This document shows, in pieces, positions 10,058 to 19,630 of a DNA stretch of 64,000 nucleotides. The stretch comes from a virus, in IMG/VR virus record IMGVR_UViG_3300028908_000005, positions 1-64,000 of that record, one strand, 5' to 3'. A program made the translations under genes and the position numbers. The notes under the pieces were generated by a model. It did no database searches and was not told the DNA's origin. It saw only the letters and a list, made by a program, of their open reading frames with translations. Within the stretch, counting starts at the first letter, position 1; the number at the start of each line of letters is the position of its first letter.

Positions 10058-10663
10058 CTAGCTATAGTTCACGACTACATCTGTCAACGGCAAACAGTGC
10101 GACCGCGTAACCGGAAGCTGCGGGCCGGCTGGAGCGTAGTCGGCGTAAATATCTATAAGCTTATCTATCCACTCGCGATACGTTCCGGACGATACATCCG
10201 CGCGCTTAGCGAGCAAAGCAAGCAGCCGCGAGCCGAGCGTAGACCAATAAGGCACCAGATATACGCCAGAACCGTAACGCTCGCGACGCTCTACCTGCCT
10301 AGACCAATTGTCCTCGGTAATTACCACGGAGCCGTAACGCATCGGCGTAGCGTAACCATAATCTTCGATAGCCACCATGCACAAAGAACACACAACGCGA
10401 CCCGAAAACCACCAAAAATCGCGATAAAACAAGCTCATGTCGAATACGGCAGTCGCGCTTCCGGTAATGTAATGTCGCAGCGTTGGAAGCTCGTAGTACG
10501 TTAAAAGTCCGGGCGTTATGCCTAACGGTACCAGGTAGCTAATCAATTCCCGTGAAACCACTCCGGCTTTTACCCACTCGTCAGACAAACCCCGGCACGG
10601 TACTTTGTAACCGCGGAACTCCAATTCGGCACGAATGTCGGGCTTCGCCATCGTCAATTCCAC
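10058..10663 (-). CDS. paralogue family member 14
   Basis: EWVKAGVVS, LPTLRHY, VPYW..TYREW. Confidence 0.75.
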   Translation of the reverse strand: MELTMAKPDIRAELEFRGYKVPCRGLSDEWVKAGVVSRELISYLVPLGITPGLLTYYELPTLRHYITGSATAVFDMSLFYRDFWWFSGRVVCSLCMVAIEDYGYATPMRYGSVVITEDNWSRQVERRERYGSGVYLVPYWSTLGSRLLALLAKRADVSSGTYREWIDKLIDIYADYAPAGPQLPVTRSHCLPLTDVVVNYS

Positions 10664-11271
10664 CTCGGCGGTGGCGGTCCTTGCGGCAGACCGACGCTGA
10701 CGTCAGCTAGCACATAATGCCGTCTGGACGTACACGGGATATCGTCATTCTCGTCGCATCGATCGCACATGCAGTTAATCCACTCAACGAACGTGTCAGA
10801 AACATATGCCGCTTGCGCCACTGCCAAGGCTCGCAAGTCATTTGCGTTAAAATAATACCAACTCGGCACCATCAATATTTCCGGCTCCGGAGGCCCCACC
10901 ACACGATTGCGGACCAACTCGTAATTCACAGCCGTAACTTTAACGCTGTCAAGCGTCACGTAGCAGTCGGCACGCGTAAACGCGAGTATGTTGGTAACTA
11001 CCTCGCTGGTCGCACGCCAGTACGCATAGAAGAATCTCGCCATATTGATGACGACGCCGTGACCGCTGATCCGATAGTGCGAAGCTAACGGCAAATGCGC
11101 CGCTATCAAGTTCGCCGGCGTAATCTGCAACCGCTCTAACGCAGATACCAGCCGCACGCTGATGATGCCGACCGCCGACCACTCGCGAGGAACGCATGAC
11201 GTGATCAAGCACTCGTGCGCCCGCATCAGCTCCCAAATCTCCATCAACCGTTCTTTTTCGCTTAGCGCCAT
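10654..11271 (-). CDS. paralogue family member 15
   Basis: Likely start MALSEKERL; EWSAVGIIS, VPSW..AQA..TFVEW. Confidence 0.75.
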   Translation of the reverse strand: MALSEKERLMEIWELMRAHECLITSCVPREWSAVGIISVRLVSALERLQITPANLIAAHLPLASHYRISGHGVVINMARFFYAYWRATSEVVTNILAFTRADCYVTLDSVKVTAVNYELVRNRVVGPPEPEILMVPSWYYFNANDLRALAVAQAAYVSDTFVEWINCMCDRCDENDDIPCTSRRHYVLADVSVGLPQGPPPPRWN

Positions 11272-11858
11272 CGTCTGAACTCGCTGTGATTTTCGAATCG
11301 CGACAAATCCACCAACCGTAACAAAACCTGTCGCGAAATCGGAATATCGCGATCTTCGCGAGCAAGCGCTTCGCGCAGTAACTCGATCCACTCGACAAAG
11401 CTGGGCGCTGTCGACCACGCCTGTGCGAGTACCAGCGGCAGTAAAGTAGATAATCCGTTGTAGCGAACCCACAGCGGTAACACCACCCACTCCTCGGGAT
11501 CAGTGTATCGCTCAACTAAAGCACGAAAGTTGTACCGTGTCGCACAACTATTTCTCTGACGCGTATCTTCGATACAATACTCCGACACTATGACATTGCC
11601 GCTGCTCTGCCAGTAGTCATAAGCAAGCCGCGCCAAGTCGACGCACACGTCGCTGCCGACAACACAATAATGTTCGCGCGTCGGCAACTCTACCGCTGCC
11701 AAGTCGTCCGGAAAAAGCCCAGCGCCTCTCAACGTTGACGCCAACGCATAACTAACAACGCCAACGTCTAACCACTCGCGCTCCACGACGGCACTAACAC
11801 TGTAACCATCGCGACGCAAGCCGGTGATAATTTCGGCGACTCTATCTGAAGGAGCCAT
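11262..11858 (-). CDS. paralogue family member 16
   Basis: Recent duplicate of 11960..12583. Confidence 0.8.
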   Translation of the reverse strand: MAPSDRVAEIITGLRRDGYSVSAVVEREWLDVGVVSYALASTLRGAGLFPDDLAAVELPTREHYCVVGSDVCVDLARLAYDYWQSSGNVIVSEYCIEDTRQRNSCATRYNFRALVERYTDPEEWVVLPLWVRYNGLSTLLPLVLAQAWSTAPSFVEWIELLREALAREDRDIPISRQVLLRLVDLSRFENHSEFRRWR

Positions 11859-12647
11859 TGCTTAGACTACGAGAACCAGCGTAAGAAAAGCCGTACCAGC
11901 TTGCGCCAGATGCGATACGCCCTCAGATCCCAAATCTCCATCAACCGTTCTTTTTTCGCTTAGCACCATCGTCTGAACTCGCTTTGATTTTCGAATCGCA
12001 ACAAATCACGCAGCGTCACTAGAGCCTGTCTCGCAATCGGGATATCGCGATCCTCCCTAGCAAATGCCTCGCGTATCAACTCGACCCACTCGACAAAGCT
12101 AGGCGCTGTCACCCACGCTTGCGCAATTACCAGCGTTAACAAATTAGCTAGGCCATCGTAACGCACCCACAAAGGTAGCACCGCCCGCGCCTCAGTGTCA
12201 GGGTGTCGCTCAACTAAAGCACGAAAGTTACACGGCCTCGCGCAACTAACCGTCTCTAGCATCCTACCGACGTGCAACCCGTGACTCGTCGCAGCGACAC
12301 TATACTTCGACACCATGACATTGCCGCTTTTCCGCCAGTAGTCATAAGCAAGCCGCGCCAAGTCGGCGCACATGTCGCCGCCGGCGACGAGATAATGGTC
12401 GAGCGTTGGTAGCTCCGCCTCCGCCAAATCGCCCGGCGAAATGCCCATGCCCCTCAATACTGTTGACAACGCATAGCTAACAACGCCGACGTCTAACCAT
12501 TCCCGCTCCACGACACCGCTAACACCGTAGCCGTCGCGACGCAAGCCGGTGATTATTTCGGCAATCCTGTCTGAAGGAGCCATTGCTTAGACTACGAGAA
12601 CCAGCGTAAGAAAAGCCGTACCAGCTTGCGCCAGATGCGATACGCCC
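11845..12647. repeat. 78-bp exact direct repeat (11845-11922 and 12570-12647) marking a tandem duplication
   Basis: TCTGAAGGAGCCATTGCTTAGACTACG...GATACGCCC occurs twice. Confidence 0.9.
11960..12583 (-). CDS. paralogue family member 17
   Basis: Recent duplicate of 11262..11858. Confidence 0.8.
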   Translation of the reverse strand: MAPSDRIAEIITGLRRDGYGVSGVVEREWLDVGVVSYALSTVLRGMGISPGDLAEAELPTLDHYLVAGGDMCADLARLAYDYWRKSGNVMVSKYSVAATSHGLHVGRMLETVSCARPCNFRALVERHPDTEARAVLPLWVRYDGLANLLTLVIAQAWVTAPSFVEWVELIREAFAREDRDIPIARQALVTLRDLLRFENQSEFRRWC

Positions 12648-13110
12648 AACGCAAATATCGCGGCCAGCGGTAGTATCTGGCCAGCGTCCGCGAAATAGCT
12701 ATCAGATCGGCAATCGCCGCCGGCGGGTCGTCCTCCGGCGCGTGCGTATCCTTCACGCCGGCCCAAATCCCAGCCAGACATATCTGGCCAAGCTTAGCGT
12801 AAATCGCCATCTGCACTGGCGGCGGCAGCTCCGTAAAACCTACTTCAGCCGCTGCAACCAACGGATTAGGCGTGTCGATAATTCTGTTGGCAAACTGCGC
12901 CAGTTTCTTGGCGCCTTCGATGAACTGCTCGTCAGTTATGTGATGATGCTTTACATAATCTTTGAACCAATCCTCTTGCCACTTAGGTTCGCACGCCCGC
13001 AAAGCCTCCCGTAGCATCGCCGGGCCGATATATGCCAAATCTCGCTCAGGGCTGTACATCGGGTCTCGTTGGCCCGCTCGCGGCTCTTTCCGGCGGTATT
13101 GAAGTCCCAT
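12592..13110 (-). CDS. hypothetical protein
   Basis: Likely start MGLQY at 13110 with a GAGGA RBS; amphipathic basic C-terminus. Confidence 0.7.
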   Translation of the reverse strand: MGLQYRRKEPRAGQRDPMYSPERDLAYIGPAMLREALRACEPKWQEDWFKDYVKHHHITDEQFIEGAKKLAQFANRIIDTPNPLVAAAEVGFTELPPPVQMAIYAKLGQICLAGIWAGVKDTHAPEDDPPAAIADLIAISRTLARYYRWPRYLRWAYRIWRKLVRLFLRWFS

Positions 13111-13918
13111 TCGTTTCCTCGCTTTCGCAGTATCCGGATACTGTTTCTCTGTGTGTCGAAGCCGGACAATCCAAGTAGCCGACCTCGCATTCGCAACATG
13201 GGTGCGTATAGTCTCGCGGACACCGCCAAGGCTTTCCATCAAATTGGCGATACCGCATATGCACAATCTGCTTGTTCCATTTTAACAGGCCCGACGAACA
13301 TCGAACGAGATAGAAGCCCGGCTTCTCTTGCGACAACTTCGGGTCTAACAATAGCCAAACCCGCAAATTGACAAGCTCGCTGATATGCCGCATCGGGAAC
13401 GCTCCGCGACCAGTAGAATACCCCAGCCGCGTAGCCAACAACCGCACAAACTGCGACCGCCACCACTGCTGCAAAATCATCGGACACGCAGAACCGGCCA
13501 AAATGCGCAACCGATACAAACCACCCGCTTCACCCCAGCGAGATCGTTTGAAACTGTAGCTGATGATTTGCGCCGGTACCCATTCCTCTTCCGCCTGATG
13601 TACCCAAGGCCCAGCTTCCTTGCCTACCCGCAATTTCGAGATGTTCCCAGCCAAACGCCAAGCTACGGTCCGCGCCAGATCCCGCGTTATCTCCTGCCCC
13701 ACCAAATCCCGCAAGCTCATAAGTAAAACATCGCCGCGAACGCCGCCCAAGACCCGCCGCACTCTCTGCGACAACTGGGCAAACTGCTGGCCGGTCGGCG
13801 TGTACCCGATGTACTCGGCAAACACCTCGTCAAGCAGCTTGTCACGCAACCCGAACACGCGATTAAGCTGAATGTTCGGCAGCGCTACTGCGTGGCGTTC
13901 TTCGACAAGTTGAGCCAT
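13046..13918 (-). CDS. hypothetical protein with C-terminal Cys cluster
   Basis: 290-aa ORF containing CPRDYTHPCCEC..CP. Confidence 0.75.
   Translation of the reverse strand: MAQLVEERHAVALPNIQLNRVFGLRDKLLDEVFAEYIGYTPTGQQFAQLSQRVRRVLGGVRGDVLLMSLRDLVGQEITRDLARTVAWRLAGNISKLRVGKEAGPWVHQAEEEWVPAQIISYSFKRSRWGEAGGLYRLRILAGSACPMILQQWWRSQFVRLLATRLGYSTGRGAFPMRHISELVNLRVWLLLDPKLSQEKPGFYLVRCSSGLLKWNKQIVHMRYRQFDGKPWRCPRDYTHPCCECEVGYLDCPASTHRETVSGYCESEETNGTSIPPERAASGPTRPDVQP
13128..13143. promoter_or_regulatory. palindrome CAGTATCCGGATACTG (copy 1 of 4), putative operator
   Basis: Perfect 16-bp palindrome; its core is 20 nt upstream of the ATG at 13110. Confidence 0.5.
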
Positions 13919-14238
13919 TCTTTAGCCGTCGTGTTTAGATCGTCGACACGTCGCCAGTCCGCTTCCACGCCCTGCGTCAGTACGTTCATGATAGACTGCA
14001 CGATGTGCCCCACGGACTGCCGCATGCTTGGGTCGAGCTTCGCAACATCGATCTCTATTTGAATGTCGCCAGGATAAACAAATCGCAGTACCGGCGCAGT
14101 CGAAGCGTCCCACTGCCCGGTCTCGAACGCTGTCAGCGTCCCTTTCAACAAGCGATAACGCTTGCCGAGTTCGCTAATACTCTTAGCAACCTCGGCAAGC
14201 TCTTCGCCAACGCTCAGAAGATCTTTCGATTCGTCCAT
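13885..14238 (-). CDS. hypothetical protein
   Basis: TGATG overlap with the upstream stop gives start MDESK. Confidence 0.65.
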   Translation of the reverse strand: MDESKDLLSVGEELAEVAKSISELGKRYRLLKGTLTAFETGQWDASTAPVLRFVYPGDIQIEIDVAKLDPSMRQSVGHIVQSIMNVLTQGVEADWRRVDDLNTTAKEWLNLSKNATQ

Positions 14239-15089
14239 CAAACAGCCGCCGGTCTTCGTAGAGGTACACACTGCGCTGGAACGTCGTCAGGCGATCGCTG
14301 ATCGCGAATAATTCGCTGCCGCTGCCGCTCCAACATATCAGCCTTCATATGCGCAGCTACAGCCAGCTCGCGCAACTTGGTTACCAGTTCGTCGAGATTG
14401 TCCAGCAAACCAGTCGGCACTTCCGACGCCCGCATTACCGACAACTCGCGCGATAAGTCGTATCGGTCGCCAAACCATTCGTCGTCGAACTTGACCAGCA
14501 ACTGACCGACCTGTGCATCCATATGTGCTACGCACGCCGCCGGAGATTGCGGTTGGAACGGGCCGACTTCGTTTACCGGAGCACTCGCCGGCGTCAGTTC
14601 AATCGGGTCGGCTTCTGTCTCCAAGCCGTCATCGCCTTGGTCTTCCTCGGCAAGCTCCGCCTCCGCAACGCCGTTACGTCGCTCAAGCTCGTGCAGCAGC
14701 GTCGTACGGTTCCACTTATTGGCCAATGCTTCCTCGGCAAACGCGCGGCGCTCGTCAACGTCAGCAATTCTCGCCATGTACAACAAGTGCCACCAACCGA
14801 ACACGTAACGCCCGTTGCGCTGCGATACGAACCAATTGAACACTTCCTCGGGGTACGCCCCATATACCTGCCGGGCGTGCCGCAACGTCTCACGCGACAA
14901 CCCGAGCTCGTCAGCAAGCTTACCGACAATGTCCTGCCCGTAATAGTTGTCGCACGATTTCGCCTCGCAGATAGCATCCTCGACGCACGCGCCGATCCGG
15001 TAATTGCCAGTCACAGTCGTGCGCGTCATGTCGCGTAATATCTCCGCAATACGCTCAATAGCTCGCGCTTCAATTTCCTGCAGCTCCAT
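14238..15089 (-). CDS. putative HTH DNA-binding protein
   Basis: VGKLADELGLSRETLRHARQVY helix-turn-helix-like segment. Confidence 0.6.
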   Translation of the reverse strand: MELQEIEARAIERIAEILRDMTRTTVTGNYRIGACVEDAICEAKSCDNYYGQDIVGKLADELGLSRETLRHARQVYGAYPEEVFNWFVSQRNGRYVFGWWHLLYMARIADVDERRAFAEEALANKWNRTTLLHELERRNGVAEAELAEEDQGDDGLETEADPIELTPASAPVNEVGPFQPQSPAACVAHMDAQVGQLLVKFDDEWFGDRYDLSRELSVMRASEVPTGLLDNLDELVTKLRELAVAAHMKADMLERQRQRIIRDQRSPDDVPAQCVPLRRPAAV

Positions 15090-16203
15090 CGTAATCCCCT
15101 TCGTAACCAGAAAGTAGTAAACGCCCAGCAGCCGCTTCGAAGATGTTACGATGCACAGCCGACTGCCCGTCGGACCGAGACATCATCCGAATGAGAACAT
15201 CAAAAAGCGGCACACGATCACGCCGCGATAGTTCCGTACCCTCGCGGCCGTAGTTTCTCACCTCGTTAAGCGTCTGCCTCAACGTGCCTCGCGGCCAGGT
15301 GCGTGCTATCTGCTCGACAAATAGACGAAACTTGGTGTCCTGCGTATCGACCATCACGCGACGCGATCTATCGAGCTCGTCGCGAACCGTGTCGAAATCA
15401 AGCTGCCGCGAAAACAGTGCCGTCAGGCGACGCATAAAGTATTTCTTGCTGAACGCCCGTTTCGCCGTACGCCAGTTGAAAATCATTCGCCGCGGCTTCT
15501 CCGTAGCCCCACCGACATGCAACGACCAACCAGCCGACGCATGCGGCATCTCGTTTTCACTGTAAACGAAGAAGAACCCCAAACGACCCAGCGTGCCGTC
15601 GTCAAGCGTAAACGATTTCGGCAACAAGTAATCAACCATTAGTTGCCTATCGTGCATCATCGCGCCACCGAATATCGGTTCGAGACCGTGCGCTTTCGCC
15701 GTCTCGACAGCAAGCGAATAAACCTCATATGACGGCACCGGCGCTACATCGCTTCTGGTAAAACCATCAACGCGGCGATCCTGCGTATTCTGTAATATCC
15801 ATGATTCAACGAGCCTACACTCGTCACAAAAACGCAGCTTGATACACTGGTTTAGAATCTTCACTGCTACCGGCACCGACTTCGTATTCGGCGTCATGTA
15901 GCCGCCGCGCGTACGGTTGCCGATATCGTTGACCAACGAAAATAGCGGCCAACTCAACGCGCTGCACAACTGCGTTAACGCCGCTGCTGTCAACGGATAA
16001 CCACAGCAAGACATACAACCGTCCGGGTCGAGCAATAAATCTTCATGCGTACGGATCGGCACCATCAACGTTCGACGGTATAGCAGTTCCAAGTCGGTCA
16101 GCAGCTTGTCGCATTCGTCAACGCTATACATTCGCACAACGCGGTCAGCTGCCAGCTGGTTAGGACTATCCGTTCGTCTCGCCATCACGCACAACCAATC
16201 CAA
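15070..16203 (-). CDS. hypothetical protein
   Basis: 377-aa ORF tiling the operon; start may be at 16185. Confidence 0.7.
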   Translation of the reverse strand: MDWLCVMARRTDSPNQLAADRVVRMYSVDECDKLLTDLELLYRRTLMVPIRTHEDLLLDPDGCMSCCGYPLTAAALTQLCSALSWPLFSLVNDIGNRTRGGYMTPNTKSVPVAVKILNQCIKLRFCDECRLVESWILQNTQDRRVDGFTRSDVAPVPSYEVYSLAVETAKAHGLEPIFGGAMMHDRQLMVDYLLPKSFTLDDGTLGRLGFFFVYSENEMPHASAGWSLHVGGATEKPRRMIFNWRTAKRAFSKKYFMRRLTALFSRQLDFDTVRDELDRSRRVMVDTQDTKFRLFVEQIARTWPRGTLRQTLNEVRNYGREGTELSRRDRVPLFDVLIRMMSRSDGQSAVHRNIFEAAAGRLLLSGYEGDYDGAAGN

Positions 16204-16696
16204 TAGCCGTTAACAAGGTCAACAAAGGCTGTACGACCAACCGTACGCCGGCAAGGTCCACAAACCAGCCATGCCCGGTTTCGTACTCGCTGCCTCCGTC
16301 ATGGATTACAATGTAACGCCCGTGGTGCGGCCAATCAAACACGACGCCGCGGAAACCGCAACCGGTCGCCGCTAAGTCAATATCGTCACACAACGTACGG
16401 TACGCTTCAACAGCAGCAGATTTCGTCGGGCGGTTCCATAAATCCTGCTCCAGCTTCGCTAGTTTCTGTAATTTAGTCGCCCGCAACCAGCAAGGCAGCT
16501 CGAGGAGCTTGACCAGATCGCTCAAGCGCATGATACGCTCCCCGAGCGCTGCCTCGCTGAGATCCTGCAGCGGTCTAACCAAGTCCGTCCGCTGCGACCA
16601 CTTCAGGATCTGGCGCACTACACTCTGCTCGTACGCGCGAGCTTTAGCCCGCGCTGTCTCGCGAGGGTCAGGAAGTAGACTATCAATATCCATCAA
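16166..16696 (-). CDS. hypothetical protein
   Basis: 176-aa ORF overlapping the recA stop. Confidence 0.7.
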   Translation of the reverse strand: MMDIDSLLPDPRETARAKARAYEQSVVRQILKWSQRTDLVRPLQDLSEAALGERIMRLSDLVKLLELPCWLRATKLQKLAKLEQDLWNRPTKSAAVEAYRTLCDDIDLAATGCGFRGVVFDWPHHGRYIVIHDGGSEYETGHGWFVDLAGVRLVVQPLLTLLTAIGLVVRDGETNG

Positions 16697-18000
16697 AGAC
16701 TCTGGGCTCTCGCCAAGGCAGCCTTATTCGCTTCGCCTTGGGCGACTAAGTAATCATACACTTCGCTTTTCGCCAGATGCTGATAAGCTTCAGAAAACAA
16801 CGGTCGTCGCGCGATATGCATAACGCCGTAAAGAGCATCCAACAAATCCGGCCTAAGCTCAAGCGCGTAACCTAGCTCCGTCGCCGACACCGGATCGCTC
16901 GACGGCACGCCCAGCGCGTTCGACCAATATAACTTCCCACGGCTGCCGGCAGCTTTCTCGTGTACGTCGACGATCTCTTTGACCTTCGGCTTGAGCTGCT
17001 CCCAGACCTTTTTCGTCAGCCCAACGCCATCCAGCAACAACAACGTATTCGCTTCGAACCAATCGAACCGGCTGTGCAAACGGTACACGGGCTCGCTGCC
17101 TTCCGGCGCGTCGTTCTGATACCACATGTGCAGTTTGACCTGGACAGACAAACCGTCCTTGCCGTAGCTGCTCTCCATCGTACTGAGTTTCAGTGTGACT
17201 TCAGTACGGTCAGCTTTCTCTACCGACCGCAGCTTGGCGAGCTGCAAAGTCGTTGCCGCGTGGTAACGCAATGCCCGACCACCTGGTATCCGCATCTTCG
17301 GCGCTCCCGGCACCAGCGTAATGTCCGGTTTGATATGGTTAATGCCGACAAACGTGAACGGATAACGTTTGATCTTCTGCGGAAAGTACGCCAAATAATC
17401 CTTGATCAAATTGGCCTCTTTGGCATACCGTGGCGAAGCATAGCCGTCGGTATCGATCTGCTCACCAGTAATGCGGCTGACCTTGCCCATGAGCGAATCG
17501 ACACCCAAACATACCGGCAGTGTAGGCTCGCCGCTGCCGATCTCGCCAAGAGATTTCTTCAAAGACCCGACATAAAACGTCGCTGCTGCCTGCCACGCTT
17601 CCAACCAATCGCACGATTCGACGCGAACCGCTTTCTCGTCCCAATCCAAAATCGAGTTACGCAGCTCCGGCGTCGGTTTCGTCTCCGCTTCGCATATGAT
17701 TCCGAAACCGCCACATATGCGATGCCAACGGATGATCTCAGCTAAAAACGTTGATTTGAATGATTTCTTCTCGCCGACAACCAAGTACACACGACTGAGC
17801 GGCAACCCTTCACTCTGCAAAATGTAGCGCGCCGCTAACGACGGCACCGGAAGCGTCCAGATGATATCGTCCTGCGAATCGCTGATAAAGTTCCGCGTTT
17901 CCATCTTCCTGGAAACAGCGCCAACTGCAGCCTCCAACACGTCGTCTGCCGCAATGTTGCCAACACTAACCGTCTCGTCTTTCTTCTTGCGTTTCGCCAT
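16693..18000 (-). CDS. recA: RecA/UvsX-like recombinase
   Basis: GLPLSRVYLVVGEKKSFKST (variant Walker A), EAE, GVDSL (Walker B), PGGRALRYHA. Confidence 0.85.
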   Translation of the reverse strand: MAKRKKKDETVSVGNIAADDVLEAAVGAVSRKMETRNFISDSQDDIIWTLPVPSLAARYILQSEGLPLSRVYLVVGEKKSFKSTFLAEIIRWHRICGGFGIICEAETKPTPELRNSILDWDEKAVRVESCDWLEAWQAAATFYVGSLKKSLGEIGSGEPTLPVCLGVDSLMGKVSRITGEQIDTDGYASPRYAKEANLIKDYLAYFPQKIKRYPFTFVGINHIKPDITLVPGAPKMRIPGGRALRYHAATTLQLAKLRSVEKADRTEVTLKLSTMESSYGKDGLSVQVKLHMWYQNDAPEGSEPVYRLHSRFDWFEANTLLLLDGVGLTKKVWEQLKPKVKEIVDVHEKAAGSRGKLYWSNALGVPSSDPVSATELGYALELRPDLLDALYGVMHIARRPLFSEAYQHLAKSEVYDYLVAQGEANKAALARAQSL

Positions 18001-18028
18001 TTTGCAACCACCAAATTAGTGTAAATCG

Positions 18029-18055
18029 AAAAGAAACCGCGGCTTAGTAGCCGCG
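18029..18055 (-). terminator. intrinsic terminator
   Basis: CGCGGCT-N4-AGCCGCG followed by a T-rich tract on the minus strand. Confidence 0.5.
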
Positions 18056-18075
18056 ATCACACATAGGGTCCGAAG

Positions 18076-19620
18076 TCACTGAACCCCGTTCCGTACCCGA
18101 GCTTGTTGCAGCGCCGCTAAAGCTGCTTTCGCTGCGTCCGAGACAGTTTGTCCCGGCTGCGTCGCGTCTTGCGTCGCGTCTTGCGTCACCGCCGCCGCTG
18201 CCGCTTCAGAAACCGCCGGATTCGGCTGTGCTTCTTGCTTTACAGCCGCAGCTGCTGCCTCAGAAGCCGCAGGATTCTGCTGCTCGCCTTGCTTCATCGC
18301 CGCTGCCGCTTCGGCTGCAAGCACGTTCGGCTGAGTTGATGGCGGCTGCGTCCCGCCCGTAACCCAAGGCGCGTCAGCGTCAGGCTCTGGTGGTTGCGGC
18401 GGCCACGTTGGCGCTTGGCCCAATGCCGCCGGGTCGACAAACTGCTGCGCCGGTTGTTGCGGTGCCGCTGGTTGCTGGCCGAATGCCGGTTGCTGCGAGG
18501 CCGCTGGTTGCTGACCGAATACCGGTTGTTGCTGCGCAGGTGGTTGCTGACCGAATGCCGGTTGCTGCTGCGCAGGTGTTTGCTGCGGTGCCGCTGGTTG
18601 CTGGCCGAACCCGAACTGTTGCTGCTGCGGGTAAGTAAACGACGCCTGCGACCGGTTCGGCGAATAAGCCTGCCGCACCGACTCCGGCAACATCTCGCCG
18701 AATCGCTCACGCAACCCGTACGCCAACATATCTGCCGGCAAACCGCACGAGCAAAGCATGCGAACCTGCTCTTCTATCGACAACACGCGAATGGCCGAAT
18801 CCCACGGGAAGATCTGGTCGGTAATACCGGCTATGCCAGCAATAGCCGCGCTCTGCCCGTTGCCGATCGTAACCTCGTAAGCAAACGACGTAGACTGACC
18901 GCCGGTCATCAATGTCGGCTGCACGCCGCCAGCCAGCAGCCCAGTCTGCCCGACCTGCTGCGTCCCGGCCTGATAGAAATCGACAAACTCGCCACCATCG
19001 AGCGCGACAATGTCTTCGTACTTCCGCTTACCCTGCTCGTCCTTCTTCTCAAGCTCGGTAAGCAGAGCCGTGCCAGCTGTCGGCGGCAATACCAACACAC
19101 ATGTCGGCGTGCCGGGGACACCGATCGGCTGCGGCAGTGGTTTCGATCTGTGTCGCGTGAGAATACCCTGTACCAAGAAAATATGCGACGGCTTCGACAA
19201 CGTGCGACGAGAGCCGCCGGTGCCCTTAACGCAGTCGACCCAGTGCGGCGGCGCCTGTCGCGATTTCACCGCCCGCGATACTGCCGTGTACAACTGCCAC
19301 ACCGGCGATTGCTGCTTGTCCTCGTCGTGATTGCGAGGATCGCGATAAATAAACGTTACACCCGGATCGCCCCAGCCGCGCACCGCGTCATAACGGCGAA
19401 TCCAATCGCCGAAATCGAATGGTGCATCGCTTAACCGGAACGGGTCGAGCTCGTCCGGCTTCTCGGGATTTCTCCCAGGAAATATGCGGAACGTCGTGTA
19501 TGTGTAACTCCACGACGGCCTGTATAGGGCTGCGTTCACACCAGGTTTCAGAATGAAAAGCCCTAAATCACTACTCTTATCATCAGTCAAATTTTCGTTA
19601 AGTCGATATCGCGACATCAA
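18076..19620 (-). CDS. probable ssDNA-binding / recombination mediator protein with Q/P-rich FGQQP-repeat tail
   Basis: Lies between polymerase and RecA; globular N-terminus and low-complexity C-terminus; function inferred from position. Confidence 0.5.
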   Translation of the reverse strand: MMSRYRLNENLTDDKSSDLGLFILKPGVNAALYRPSWSYTYTTFRIFPGRNPEKPDELDPFRLSDAPFDFGDWIRRYDAVRGWGDPGVTFIYRDPRNHDEDKQQSPVWQLYTAVSRAVKSRQAPPHWVDCVKGTGGSRRTLSKPSHIFLVQGILTRHRSKPLPQPIGVPGTPTCVLVLPPTAGTALLTELEKKDEQGKRKYEDIVALDGGEFVDFYQAGTQQVGQTGLLAGGVQPTLMTGGQSTSFAYEVTIGNGQSAAIAGIAGITDQIFPWDSAIRVLSIEEQVRMLCSCGLPADMLAYGLRERFGEMLPESVRQAYSPNRSQASFTYPQQQQFGFGQQPAAPQQTPAQQQPAFGQQPPAQQQPVFGQQPAASQQPAFGQQPAAPQQPAQQFVDPAALGQAPTWPPQPPEPDADAPWVTGGTQPPSTQPNVLAAEAAAAMKQGEQQNPAASEAAAAAVKQEAQPNPAVSEAAAAAVTQDATQDATQPGQTVSDAAKAALAALQQARVRNGVQ

Positions 19621-19630
19621 AATACTCCAT

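Noticed and set aside
16960-19434. Long plus-strand ORFs (16960..17745, 18394..19434 and similar elsewhere)
   Set aside because: These are antisense shadows of well-supported minus-strand genes in GC-rich DNA, with no recognisable motifs.
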